Shown here: piece after piece, positions 24,956 to 37,380 of the stretch | Layout of the letters: each line of letters begins with the position of its first letter | Numbering within the stretch: the stretch's first letter is position 1 | Assembly: GCF_036321535.1 (NCBI RefSeq) | Contig: NC_087436.1 | Location: forward strand, 4,402,001-4,466,000 | From: Camelus dromedarius | Lineage: Eukaryota | Length of the DNA: 64,000 nt | Direction of reading: 5' to 3' | Notes under the pieces: model-generated | The model's database searches: none | The model's input: only the letters and a program-made list of their open reading frames with translations | Told to the model about the DNA's origin: nothing | Translations under genes and position numbers: made by a program

Positions 24956-25686
24956 CTGCTCAAAATAAAGATTTGTTATTAAGTTCACAAGGTGGACCCC
25001 CATAGCAAACTTTTAGGTAATGCAGAATTGCACGATTTAATTTAGATGGACATTTAGCTTTCCCCCAAAGGCCATTTTGATGGTATTGTGTTGATACCAG
25101 TTAGCCTCTTAGAGGTGAGAAAGTGACACGCTTAGCTCTATTCCTATAAAGTCAGCCCAGGGCCCTAGGCTGGGGGGAATGAGAAGGCTGGCTCGGGGGC
25201 GTCATGCAGTCTTTTATCAGAGATGAAAATCCAGGGTGATTTGGGACTTCTTGCTTAGAAAGGGTTTGGTGTCATTATATGTGTCAAAAGGGAGACCGTG
25301 GTTGTTCAACGAACCCTAATCACTGTATTGTAGAAACTTTTGAAGCAAAAAGGCAATGAACAGAAGCTTCACTTTGTGATTTCAGAATTTCTGTGTTCAC
25401 AAAGACTGTGCAGGCACAAACACGGAACCAAAGAGAATGTTCACTGTGCCCTTAAAACATGTGTCCTAGGGGATTTGTGTTATTATGATTAAGAACTTAC
25501 TCCTATACACATTCTTGTTTTTAAGTCACATTTGCAAGTTGGCGTCCTCTTCTCCCTTTGCTTTATTCTTCTAGGACACCTGGCTCAGCCCTTTCTGCAG
25601 CCACAGCAGAGCCAGGGAGACACGCTCCCCCATCAGATGTAAGCACTGTCTCTCTTCCTGCAGCCCCTGAAGTCTAAGACAATAAC

Positions 25687-25868
25687 CTGTGGGCAATTGG
25701 GTCTCTTGTATGACTAACATAAGAGATTTTTGCATATTTTAAGTCAGAATTAGCCTGGCTACGATTTGCACCCTGAGGTTTGTTTCTCTTGCCCATAGAA
25801 AGTAATTTTACTTCTTCTTCTAGGTGGAGGTCCTTCAAATGTTTGAGGGCAGTGGTCCTTATTTTCAT
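25687..25868 (-). pseudogene. Pseudo-exon (open frame)
   Basis: ORF-track peptide ...ALKHLKDLHLEEEVKLL...DPIAH ends at CAG|gttatt in phase 2, compatible with the next exon. 5' end unknown. Confidence 0.4.
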
Positions 25869-26449
25869 GTTATGGACACTCGTATAGATTAGCTTAATTC
25901 TCGTGTCCTTTGCTCATTCTCCGTATGGGAATTTTCTGAGTGGTCACTGTGTCCTTCCAGAGAACAGCACATCTAGCAGGCGGGGTCCTCAGCCACAGGC
26001 GGGGTGTGGCTTACACTCATCCTGTACCTTTATTAATAAAGCCTGAAATTTCATTTCCTTTTCTGAGAGCTTATTCACTACAGGGACTTACTGTAAACCT
26101 AAAATAAAACCTCTCTAATTCTTTGTCACAAGCCCTACTCTTAGACTACTGTTCCTCACTCTAGATTTATCCAGGAGGTTCTGTGACCTAAATTTAGGGC
26201 TATATAATCACTCATGCGTTTCTCCCTAATTTCATCTTCTTTGTTTGAACACATCATTTCACGTTGTTTGCTCAGTGATGGCGAATCTGCAATTTACTCC
26301 TCACAGTGTATTACGGTAAAAATGGAAACCTTCCCTGTGGATTAGCGGTAGGAGACCATTGCCCTTGGTTTCCTTGGCCCTCTAAGGAGATTAGTGCACT
26401 GTGGGCACCAGCCAAGTGTTAGGCAACATGAAAAACCATGATTTAATTA

Positions 26450-28879
26450 TTTAAAATGTTTGGATACATACTAAAAATTTCTTGCAGTGTTGTAAATTGA
26501 ATCCATTGATGCCTCTAAACATAAGAAGAATTTTTGACTTTTCAAGTCTTCTCTTTCACTTTTATGAGATTTTAGGAGAATTATTATTTCTCATTATTAT
26601 TATGAATTCAGCTTGCTGGCCCAATACGCAAAGCTGAGTTGTACGCTGGACAGTCATGGGTAGCTCTGCTGGGTTCTGATTTATGCCCTAAATTAAGAGA
26701 TGGCTCTGAATGTTTTCTCAAGGGTAAGTTCTGCTTCTGCATTTGAGCCACAAATTAAGAGACAGACTTTGAAAAAGATGGTAAGGCTTGAAGAACATTT
26801 TCAAGGACACAAGTGTAAAAAGACAAGCTGTTGCTGATAGATTCAAAATGAGAGGTAAATACTGGCTCACAGACTGTTTTTCCTTCGCAGGGAAAAAGGA
26901 CAGGAAAAAATCCTCTGGGATTCAAACAGACCCTGGGGAAAGCTATAGTTTGTTTTTTTTTTTTTAAACCTCACTTTCAGCATTTTAAAAATATTTTATG
27001 GTCCTGATTTTAGTCATGTTCATTAAAGCATCTTGCCTATAGTTTTGATTTCCTTTCCTCTGCTTTTGTCTGAGAATTCAAAAGCTACCATGTGAGAGCA
27101 GAGGTTTGGCATGCTGTTTTTATAGTCAAGCATCTCTGTGTTTAAATCCTTTCTTTAAAATCCAGCAATGGAGACTTTGAGCGGGTTGTTAAATTTAGTC
27201 TTGGAAATGTAGTCCTATGTAAAATCAGTTTTTCTGCGTAGAAAATAAAATAATATATATGACGCACCTGATGTCTTGTTCATTGCAAGTATTTGTGTAC
27301 TTTTTGTCCTTCTTTTCTAGTTTCAAGCAATTTCACAATACTCTCTTCTGTTGTTTAACACACCCCCCCCCACACACAGATGAATACAAGAGATTTATTT
27401 AAAAGAGGTGGTTGAAAAATGTTAGCAGCCTTTCTATAATATCAGGGAAGACTCAGTTTAAAGTAGCGACTGCATTCTGGTCCATATTTGTTAGATATTT
27501 TTCTTTGTTTGTTATTACTGCGATGTTTTTGCATGATTTTGTTTCTCCATAGTAGGAAGAAAATTAAGCTGCCCCCTTTAAAAGTTTTTTTTAACATTTT
27601 CAATTGAGTAATAGTCATTTTAAAATGTTGTGTCCAATTCCAGTGTAGCGCACAATTTTTCAGTTATATATGAACATACGTATATTCATTGTCACATTTT
27701 CTTTTTCACTCTGAGCTAAAAGACCGTTTTGTTTGACTAGAGATCTACTTATACTGAAGTGATGTAGATAGTGGGTTAGGATGTCTACAAGCCTGTATCT
27801 TCTCCTTGGAAGGAGGGAAACAACAGGGTTAACCAAAGGGATTAATAACAAAGGCAATGGCTGTTTGTTGATGGGGAGGATGTGGGCCAATCATTGATAT
27901 GGCTTCTTGGGAAAGAGAAATGATCATGACCTTCTGACACCGTTTCGTGGGAGAAAGAAGAGAGAACAGCTGCTCACCAGGCTGGTAATATTGTTGGGTT
28001 GAAGTCCAGAAATGGCAGACCCAGATATCGACTTCACCATGAGGTAGCTACAAAAAAGTATAAAACTAAGCTAAAAGTTACTTCTGAGTCTTATGATATA
28101 AAGATAAAATTAGACACTGATTGGTGACAAGTGACATTTTGTGAAAGCTACTTAATTATAATGGTATAAGTTCTAAGACTAATTTCCAAGGCACCTCTAT
28201 TCTTCTGATGTTTTTCATCACCAAAAATGCTTCTTCCCTCACTCTATTTTTCTGTCCAAAAGCAAGACCAGGCAGCAATGTGTCTGTTCTGATCTCAGTC
28301 TGTTCAGACTTGCCCCCTCCAGGTTCCTGGAAAGTGTCTGTCCTTGACTAAGAAGTAAATGAAGTTCTTCATGGAATCCAAGTTTTGCCTTTGTCATGAT
28401 GTGATTAGTAAAAGGCACGCAAGGACTGTGGTTGGCATGATCACGGTGGGTTTGAGCTTAATCATTGCGCACGTTCTCTGTATGGAAGGGAAGTGATGAT
28501 GTCTGGCTGGTGGATTCAAGTCCCGTGAGGTCCTTTCTCTTCTCTGCTGGTCCTCAGTGAGCCTCCTGTTCAGGTCACCCTGTCCCGATGCAAACCTCTC
28601 AGGAACAACTTAGTAAATTCATTTTCAGTGACCAATAAATCTCTGAGGCATGGAGTAGGTTTGTACTTTTCTATCATCAAATTCCTATGAAATTTAACTC
28701 CTTGTGAGTTACCAGGTTGGAAATATTTTTAAGGCTAATACTGGCTCTCCCTCTCACCAGTGACATTTCTGGAAAAACAGAGCTCCAGAAATGTCAGATT
28801 CAGTCCTGCAAATTTACCTGTCTAGCAGCTGCCACCCTTTGGTCCTTAAAATGCCCCTAAGTGACATCAATTATATAAC
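26450..28879 (-). pseudogene. Large pseudo-exon with three consecutive RGS22-like repeats (interrupted by L1)
   Basis: Three repeats in order: ILSLYHKTQK*LLA*FYTFL*LPHGEVDIWVCHFWTSTQQYYQ..LLSPTKRCQK..SQEAISMIG; then LLTFFNHL/LNKSLVFICVWG..RKEGQKVHKYLQ; then TIAFPRVCLNPRGFF..SNSLSFYTCV. Ends approximate. Confidence 0.7.
27585..27716 (-). mobile_element. Short camelid L1 3' end inserted in pseudo-exon
   Basis: T-tail and L1 3'UTR. TSD taaaag at 27579-27584 and 27717-27722. Confidence 0.85.
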
Positions 28880-29529
28880 CTGTCACAGAACCTGAGAGTG
28901 CTCTTTTGAAAAGTGAAGTGTACTCTGCTCTCTAGCATTTTAGTATGATGACTTATTTATCAGCTTAACCCAAATAAGTGGTGGCTCTTAGCTTTTCTGA
29001 GTCACAGTCTCTTTTTCAAGGATACAGGGGAAATTATAGACCTTTTCTTTAGAAAAATGCACTGGTGCACATAGACAATATAGTGCTGAATTTCACAACA
29101 TCAGTGGGCTAACTGGAGCATGTCCACATGAGGCAAAAGAAACGGTGCCTCAAATATTTCAGAGACGTGGTGGGCTTGTGTCCAGGACAGGCAGCTCTGA
29201 TGAGCTTTGCTGGGGGAAACTGTGGCCTGATGTGCAGACATAAAGCAGGGAGGGCTGCTCACCAGCGGTGTCTGTTTTGATTGCCAGGCATCCGTTCTGA
29301 CAGTGCCAGTGCCCTTCTATTTTGAGATATGTTAATTTTGATGTTGGACACAGGAGACATCTTTGGATGAAGGATGTCAGGGAGAAAGGCCAAAGATGAG
29401 CGTGGTGGTGGGTACCATGAGGGATGGAGAGGAATGGAGAGCAGGGCACTACTCTGGGCCAGCTGGGAGTTGGAGCTGTGACACCTTCAGAAGGAACACG
29501 CATTGAGTGCTGGGCTTCAGGCCCCCAGG

Positions 29530-30065
29530 TGTGCTAGATAGATTGTGAAAATGGTCCCAATTTCCGATGCCATCCCACTCCTGGCCAGCTCCCAGTTCTC
29601 AGCAATGGGATTTTTCTGATTTCCCGTCATGAAATGGAATCTGTTTTTATGTTCCTTGAATTTGACCTGAGTGTATGACTTGCTTTGGCCAAGTACAAGT
29701 GGCAGAAGTGACAACGTGGCAGCTTTGAGACTCAGCCTCAAGAGGTCTCCCCATCTCCCATGCTCATTTTCTCTTTCTTTCTTCCATCCTTGCCGAGAAA
29801 ATATCCTCCGACCAGCTGGCTGGAGGATGAGACCTGGTCAGACATCTCAGACCCTCAGTATGAAAGAACGTCTATCTGAGATCTGGAAAGCTCCCCGGCT
29901 AACTACCGCTGACTATGGCCAAGTGACTGAGCATTGCTGGATCTACTAGACCCCTAGAACCAGCCAGACAACTTGTGGATACACGACCCCAAATGAGGGT
30001 TTACTGTGGCGTGTGCCCCTGGGGCTTACTGGTCACATTATGACAGAATTTGGCAGCGCGTACAC
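29530..30065 (+). mobile_element. Old MLT1 (MLT1F-like) LTR
   Basis: tgtgctagatagattgtgaaaatggtcccaattt..gacttgctttggccaa..ggcagaagtgac..gcctcaagagg. Confidence 0.65.
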
Positions 30066-30694
30066 ACAGGCTAGCTGGATATGGATCTAAACACACAAAG
30101 AGGATCTTAAAACGGACTCATTTCCCCAGAAGTCTTGATGTTACAATCATGTAAGACGGAAAGCTGGGAATATTCTCCTGAGAAGCAGCTGCAGGCGTGG
30201 AGCGCTCCAGCAGAGCAGCCACACAGACTGCTATGTGGGACTCACCCTGGACTGTGAGGGCGCCATGGGGAGCATGGCTAGTTCTGGGTTATCTGCTGGT
30301 GGGACTGGGGCTCCAGTCCACTTCAGGCCCGACGTCCTCATTTACTGAAACCAATTGTCACACTTCACACATTTGTGTGTCCTCTCTCCCCGAGCAGAAC
30401 TGTACCAACTGGCATGGTAGGAATGATTCTGTTGACAGTTGTTCTGGGTGGGAGCAAAGCTGGACAAGTTTAAGCTATTTCGAAGCCTTCCTCGTCACCT
30501 GAACACGAACTCCTCCAGGAGAAGCCCTAGAGGAAAGAAAGAGCCACCAAGTATTTGATGCTTTGACAAAGTTGTTGCTATATTTCTGGGCTATGATTTA
30601 TTTAAATTTTGTTGGCCCTTACCTTCTTCCAGGTTTTAAGCACTTTGCTGGTGATTCATATGAGGTCAAACGTCGTTTCTTCCAAAACACAGAA

Positions 30695-30875
30695 CTCTGG
30701 GTGGAAAGTCTGGAATGACTCGGGGCCAGGCTCTCTGGCCTTGGAGCCGATGCTCTGCTTCGGAGCCATGTGGTTCGAGAGGAGCTATTTGACCTCTTTG
30801 ATCTGGTTTCCTCATTGGAGACATTCCGTTGATGATGATTTGATTGCCTCATACAAGGAGTCATGGAGAAACCAA
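30695..30875 (+). mobile_element. MIR
   Basis: gactcggggccagg..gctctgc..ctatttgacctctttgatctggtttcctcatt. Confidence 0.5.
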
Positions 30876-31334
30876 TGCTGTTAAGAACTTTGAGAGTTCT
30901 GTCTCATTGTAAACAATAAGGCTAACTCCTCTTAAATTAGCTTGAGGGTTTTTTCTTCCATCTGCAGAAGTAAATGCTTCAGGATAGCTCGATTTATCAC
31001 TCAGCTCTCATTAGGTAGAAGTGGTAAATACACAGCACACACACAAACACACAGAGCTCAGCTTCCATTAAGCACACCTACATTCATTTTAAAATGACGT
31101 TTATTTTCTTTTAGTTGTCCTAAGTGTTCTTTTGTAAATATGAGAATGGGAGAAGGAACGTGGAGGCCTTGAGTTGCCTTGTATCCGCAGGAAGCATGTG
31201 TGCCCATCCGAGCTGCTCCCCACACCCTGCTAACGCTTAAAAAAGGAGGATGCCTTGGTTCATAGCTGTTGTGGACTTCATAAATATATAAGTAAGTTCA
31301 TTTGTAAGCATTAAAATGGCACAAACGATGAGTA

Positions 31335-31782
31335 TGTAATAGAGGAGAACCAATCTGACTGTGAGACCTGCTCCTCTGGCTCTAACCCTGGGCCCTGTTT
31401 CCTAGGCTTGGTCTTGCCAGCGCTGCACTGATGTAAAGATAACAAAGTTGCAGAATAGAGAATAACCTTTGTTTTGTTGGAGGCTTACAGGGACACCATG
31501 GCCTGGCCCACATGGACGGCTGCAAGGACCCAGAATGCCTGCAGCAAGAAGTTTGCAACAACCAACTACACCCCCTCCCCTGTTTTTGTGCGTGTTCTTT
31601 GTTTGTTTGCATAAAGGAGCCTGTATTCTGACTGCAGCAGGATGGTTCTCCAGGACATTAGTCTGCCATCCTCTCGGTCTGCCAGCTTTCCAAATAAAGT
31701 CAGTGTTTCTTGCCCCAACACCTTGTCTCCTGATTTATTGGCCCGCTGTGTGGCGAATGGAATGAGTTTGGACTTGGTAACA
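31335..31782 (+). mobile_element. Solo ERV1 LTR (artiodactyl MER41-like)
   Basis: TGTAATAGA..GGTAACA ends, AATAAA, exact 4-bp TSD agta. Same family as 50403-50922. Confidence 0.85.
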
Positions 31783-31859
31783 AGTACGCTAAACTATTGC
31801 TTTGTATGTAGTTGTAGTTAACATGAAGACAACAACAAATAGTAAATCTGGTTTATTAA

Positions 31860-32315
31860 GGGTATTATTCAGGCCTCTGCAGAGAAACAGAGCCGATGGG
31901 CGATACAGAGCTACGTGCAACAGGAGATCTATTATAGAAATTTGTGTGCATGATTATGGAGGCCAAATGCTGCGAGATCTGCTGTCTGCGAGCTGGAGAA
32001 GCAGGAGGGCCTTTGGTGCAATTCAGTCCAGTCCAAAAGCCAGAGACCCAGGGGGCCTGAGTCCCAGGGCAGGAGAAGACAGACGCTTCAGCTCAGGCAG
32101 AGAGACAATTTGCCCTTCGTCCACCTCCTTCTCCTCAAGCCCTCAGTGGGTTGGATGACATCCCCTCGCATTGGTGACAGCGAGCTTTTCTCAGTCCTCT
32201 GTTGAAAGGCTCACCTCCTCTGGGAGCACCCTCACCTTCACACCCGGAAACAATGTTGCACCAGCTTCTGGGGCATCTCTCAGCCAGTGGAGTTGGCACA
32301 TAAAATTAACCATCA
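31860..32315 (-). mobile_element. MLT2 (ERVL) LTR
   Basis: cagagaaacagagcc..tgattatggagg..agctggagaagcagg..ttggcacataaaattaaccatca. Confidence 0.8.
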
Positions 32316-32319
32316 TGCC

Positions 32320-32776
32320 GCTTTTGTCTAGGTCCTGGAAGGTGAAAGCCGTTCTTGGCCCAAATTTCTCATCTGTGTTATAGACTTTGAGCAGGGCATG
32401 ACTATTTTTTGCTCTGGTTCTATTTGAAGAGAATATTTTTTAGGCAATCATTCAAATCGTATTTTTTATTCTATCGCTTTCTTTTATTATTAGACATGTA
32501 ACTTATTGCTACTAGATGTGATTTGCAGTTAAAATGTTACTGCTTGTGACTATGTACTCTTGAGATTTCAGTGCCCTTTTGATATCTCAGGGCCGTTTTG
32601 TGTGATGAGGGCAAAACTCTTGAGACAACAAGCATATGAAATCTTTTTCTAATGACACCTTGAAATGCATGATGTCATGTTGGTTTGACGACTTTCCTCT
32701 GGGAGTTGCACTAATTGTGTTACTTGCCAGACATTATACTTCAACATTTTCAGTTCACATTAGCATTTGAATTCCA
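32320..32776 (-). pseudogene. Candidate pseudo-exon (linker)
   Basis: ctgtgttttcag| acceptor and protein-like frames with scattered stops. Runs into the MLT2 LTR; 3' end unknown. Confidence 0.3.
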
Positions 32777-33000
32777 CTGAAAACACAGTTCAGCACTCAG
32801 CTCAAAACACTGTAACTTAAGCTAACTTTCTTTAGGTATAAGGGGTCTTAAAACCTGAACCACAAGGAAAACTATAGGAATAGAAACTTAGATTCAGGTT
32901 TCAGACAACTAAAATTTTAGATTAAAAACTCCTTTACAATGTCATTTTTTTTTATGTATCTCTTAGCAAGCAGTCTTAATTTCATGATCAAAAATTGTAC

Positions 33001-33155
33001 CTAAGATTTCATGTAATCGTATATTTTGTTTTGACTAATTTTTATTAGCTTTAGAAATATTCTTTTATGGTTGCTCTAATATCTTTCTTGTTTGATGTTT
33101 TCTGTTCTCAGATTGTAATTTCAGAGAGTCCTGCTATCTGTAGGTAACTGGCTCT
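33001..33155 (-). pseudogene. Candidate pseudo-exon (linker)
   Basis: gtgttttacttccag| acceptor and TAG|gtacaa donor. All frames have stops and no diagnostic motif. Confidence 0.35.
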
Positions 33156-33231
33156 CTGGAAGTAAAACACAATGATTGGAAACTAATCTGAGTAAGTTCT
33201 AAATTCAAATATTAATGTGTGTATTTTGCAA

Positions 33232-34660
33232 TTTCTTTTTCTTTTCCTGATTGAGGTAAGAATAAATAACATGAAATCTACCATCTTAACAAGTACATAA
33301 AACAGTATTGCTGACAATATCACAGTATTGCTCACCGGATCTCTAAAGCTTATATGTATCTGATGTAATTGAAAGTTTATGCCCATTGGAAAGCACCTGC
33401 CCACTTCACCCTCTCCCCAGCCCCTGGCAGCCATCATTCCACTTTCTGCTTCTACAGGTTTGACTATTTTAAACGTATGCCTCATATAAATGGAATCATG
33501 CAGTATTTGTCCTTCTGTAATGGGCTTATTTCACTTAACATATTGTCCTCGAGTTTCTTTCAGGATGTTGTGTATGGTAAGATTTCCTTCTTTTTTATGA
33601 CTCAGTGATATTCTATGGGATGTATATATCACATTTTCTTTATCCACTCATCTTCTGATGGACATTTAGGTTGTTTCCACATCACAGCTACTGTGCATAA
33701 TTCTGCAAAAGGAACAGGATGGAGTCCTGAAATAAACCCATGCGTATACGGTCAATTCACCTCTGACAAGAGTGCTTGCTGGGTACAGGATGGTCTCTTC
33801 AGCACGTGGTGCTGTGAAAACTGATGTTCGTGTGCAAGACAATGACGGGGACCCTCATCTTACACTATACACAAAAATCAACTCAAAATTAATTCAAGGC
33901 TCAATCATAAAACCTGAAACCATGCAACTTCTAGAGGAAAACAGAGGGGAAGTTTCATGGCCTTGACAATGACTTCATGAATATGACACCAAAAGCTCAG
34001 GCATCAAAAGCAAAATAGACCCGTGGGTCTATATCAAGCTGACAACAACAAGAGCAACTTCTGCACAGCAAAGGAAACCTACAAAGTAGAAAACATATTT
34101 CCAAACAATAAATCCGATAAGATGTTAATCCCCAAAGTATGTAAGGAACTTCTGCAACTCAACAGTAAAAACAAAACACAAATAAAAAACTCTAATAATC
34201 TCATTTTTTTAAATGGGCAGAGGATTTGGGTAGACATTTCTCCAAAGAAGTCATAAAAATGGCCAAAAGGCATATGAAATATGCTCAACAACATTAATCA
34301 TCAAAAAGTGTAACTTAAAAGTACAATGAAATATCACTTCGTGCTTGTTAGAATGGCCGTGACAAAAAGAAACAAACACAGAAAAACCGAACAAGCAAAA
34401 TCTGAAAAACAGATCTAACAGGTATGGGTGAGGCTGTGGAGAAATGGGAGCAGGTGCACTGGTGGTGGGAATGTAAAATGGTGCAGCTGCTGTTGGAAAC
34501 GGTACAAAGTTTTCTTTAAAAAAAATTGAAAATAAAACTACCATATAGTCAAGTAATTCCATTTCTGGGTATTTATCTGAAAGAATTGAAACCAGGATCT
34601 TGAAGAGATATCTGCCCTCTCATGTTCCTTGCAGCACTGTTCACACAGCCAAGAGGTGGG
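33232..34660. mobile_element. Older L1 with 5' inversion (antisense 3' end 33232-33706, sense ORF2 piece 33707-34660)
   Basis: Both pieces end at the same L1 position (gcag..cac..agc..gtgg). Possible TSD tttgcaa at 33225 and 34661. Confidence 0.8.
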
Positions 34661-34768
34661 TTTGCAAAGTTATCAGTGTGTCAAGCAAATTCTACAAAAG
34701 CATCTTTGCTAAGTAATGACATAACAAAAGGAAGTTGTGCTTCCCAAGTTATTTCCACCAATGTTTAC

Positions 34769-34957
34769 TAGTATAAAAGCTTTGGAATTTCTCCAGCATG
34801 AACATGTTAAACAGATGTATGAGAGCAAACTGATTTGACTGGGATTTAACCAACTTTAACTCCAAAGCATCATTTTTGGGTGCCTTCTTCAGTGTCCTTT
34901 CTAGTGAGCCAGGTGTTTGGTTGCATTATACAAAGAGCTCCTTCAGTAAGAAAAGTC
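34769..34957 (-). pseudogene. Pseudo-exon: C-half of an RGS-like repeat
   Basis: attttgtag| acceptor. Phase-1 frame GLFLLKELFV*CNQTPGSLERTLKKAPKNDALELKLVKSQSNQFALIHLFNMFMLEKFQSFYT has one stop in about 62 codons. Donor uncertain. Confidence 0.55.
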
Positions 34958-35858
34958 CTACAAAATATTTAAATAGCTGTTGTTTACTTGAAGATCAAGC
35001 TCCCAATATCATAATTTTGCAAATTAAATGACAATGTCCTAAATCATCCTCAGGTTCTGTTCAAAAATGAGAGAACTAACCATGTCATGGAGAAAATTAC
35101 TGGTTCTGTCTGGATGGTCCAAGAAAATTGAAGATGGAGGCCGTGGCACAAAAGTACCCTAAGGAGATAAAACCAGTTTTGGCAGAGGCTTCTGGTTGCC
35201 CCCCCGCCAATATCCATGCTCCACTACCACCATCTTCTTCCTTAGTTTGACAAATCAATTTCTAACTGGACTCCTTTTCAGCTTGTAATCATATGGCTAA
35301 GTTCTGGCCTGGAGACATAAAGAGACAAACAGAAGATTTCTGGAAAACCTGCTTATAGAGAATCTACTTCTAAAAGGGGTACTTGCTTGGTTCTCCTGGC
35401 TTTCCCCTTCCACCTGATCTGCAGCTCTGACGGGGAGCTCCAGTCCCTGCGGCCATCCTGGACTGGGAGAGGGCAGGGAGGGTGGGAGCTCTGTGGCAGG
35501 ACAGTAGGAACCATGGGTGGCACTGATGTACTGGCTCTGGACAGCCTGTCTGCAGGCTCACTGTGCTGCAGTCTGCCATCCTAACCTGCACGGCCGTGTT
35601 CATTCCATTACTTACGCATTTTCTACTTTCCTTACTTAAGAAGGACTAACACATGGGTAAGTGGAAATGTGATACAAATGATAAAACTTAATACAATCAA
35701 GACAATTCTAGAAATAAGGAAATCCTTAGCTTTAACTGTCTACTAGTTAGATTAATTTCACTCAACTGCTTAATTATGAAAAAACAAGATATGTGTAAAT
35801 ATGCAAATATAAATATGTTCACAGTATTTCAACATACTAATGAATATTGATTTCAAAC

Positions 35859-36253
35859 CAGTTTGTAAGGAACTGGTTAGTGTTTGAATTTGTATATTAC
35901 ATTTTTCAGATGCATTGTCAAGAAGCTTCATAGATGAACAGAAGAAAAGTTTTCTGTAGTTCTTTGGAACCCCATGCTTTGAGATTGTGTCATGCCCAAA
36001 CAATTTTGAAAATGTCTTGAAACTTAAAAGAACTTTTTTTTTTTCCAAAAATTAAAAGTGGCATCAAATATTTATTCTTTTGAGTAAGTTCAGTTTGAGA
36101 ACCCGTCTTCAGTCATAGATCAAAGAAAGAGAAATGCTACTTAAGAAACCAGACAGGTCTGTTCATGTCGGTGTGGACATGATTGTGTCTTGTAATGGAT
36201 CTCTGAAGATGCTATGAGAAACGAAAGCATTTTTTGGAATTAGTGTCTGGCTC
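35859..36253 (-). pseudogene. Pseudo-exon: N-half of an RGS-like repeat
   Basis: attcctag| acceptor and CTG|gtttga donor. Includes ORF-track peptide LLSFKTFSKLF...YRKLFFCSSMKLL. Ends in phase 1, matching the next exon. Confidence 0.5.
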
Positions 36254-36339
36254 CTAGGAATATTCTTTTGCAGAAATATGTATTTGGTTGTATAACTTAC
36301 AAATATGGTGGTTGAGTAAGTTTCATTTCTTTAAAACAG

Positions 36340-37380
36340 TGCTTTATAGTCCACTTTTTCTTCTGCCCTATTTCCATGTCTCTCTCTCCATCGGTCCCCA
36401 AGCTTTAAAGACTCTCCTGCCTGTGCCCTTCACTCTGTCCCGGTTACTGGCCAACTTGGGCAGTTCTGTAAGAGCCCTCACATCAGACTGGTGAGGACTT
36501 CAAGCTACCACCGGTCTACCCTCCTCTCCTCACCTTTTCTCTTTCAGAGTTGATCTCACCCGGGACCCTGGATTTCAGAGTTAGCCACCAAGAGGCATGT
36601 GGTCTGCATTTACAGTTATTTCTTCCCTCCCAAATGTTGACTTATTCACGGGATTAAGCATCATGTTAGTCCCTATTTCTAAAACTTACAACTTTCTGTG
36701 CCCCCTCTGGATCTGAAATACTTGGCCTCTCTCTGAATAAGGGTTCTGTTGCCCATGCTGTTCATGGCAGTGCCCTCCTGAATCCCAGAGCTCTGTTCCT
36801 TCACCCAGGATGAACGCTCATCACATGACTCAAAACCCTAATGGCATTTATTATTAGAAACATGACTGAAGCCCTTGTCTCACCTTTGCCCATCTCTCTC
36901 TCTGTTCCATGATGGTTTGAGGTCAAGAGTGTGTGTCTCGTACTATCTGCACTGTCTACCCCTCAGTCACTGCTGGTCACTTAGGCCAAAAAGTCTGTGG
37001 CTTCCTTTAGAAACAAAGTAAGTTCCGAACCACTTAGTAAACTCTACAGAACCCCACACGGTGCCCGTCCTTCCCCTTCCTCCCTGTGCTCCAGCCACCC
37101 TGACCTCCTTTCCTGCTGCCGGCACACACCCGCATGTTCTCAGTTTTACGATTCTACATTCAGTGTCTCCTTTTGGAGATGCTTGATTTTCAGGTTTCCA
37201 AGTGGCTATCTCTTCTAAACATCCAGACCCCAGCTCTTGCCTCCTCTGACCTCTGCAGGTAGAGTGGCTCCCATCCCCCTTCAGCTCCACTGTCACTTTG
37301 TCACATAAATCAGAGGCAGGCCTGATACTCGCTTTGAAAAGTTTTTTGTGTGGCTTGCTCCTTTCTTAGAATTCTGAAAA
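36340..37380 (+). mobile_element. Degraded L2 fragments
   Basis: Pyrimidine-rich L2-like phrases, e.g. ctgctccagccaccctgacctcctttcctg-like segments. Confidence 0.4.

Noticed and set aside
27150..27560. Endogenous bornavirus L-like resemblance (ESIVKLLET..EG..YL, LTTRSKSPL)
   Set aside because: Spacing does not fit, I found no GDNQ polymerase motif nearby, and the spliced RGS-repeat interpretation explains the region far better.
30623..30709. 87-nt minus-strand exon candidate with a strong AAG|gtaagg donor
   Set aside because: The acceptor overlaps a MIR and the frame is ambiguous. It may be a pseudogene remnant but is not supportable on its own.
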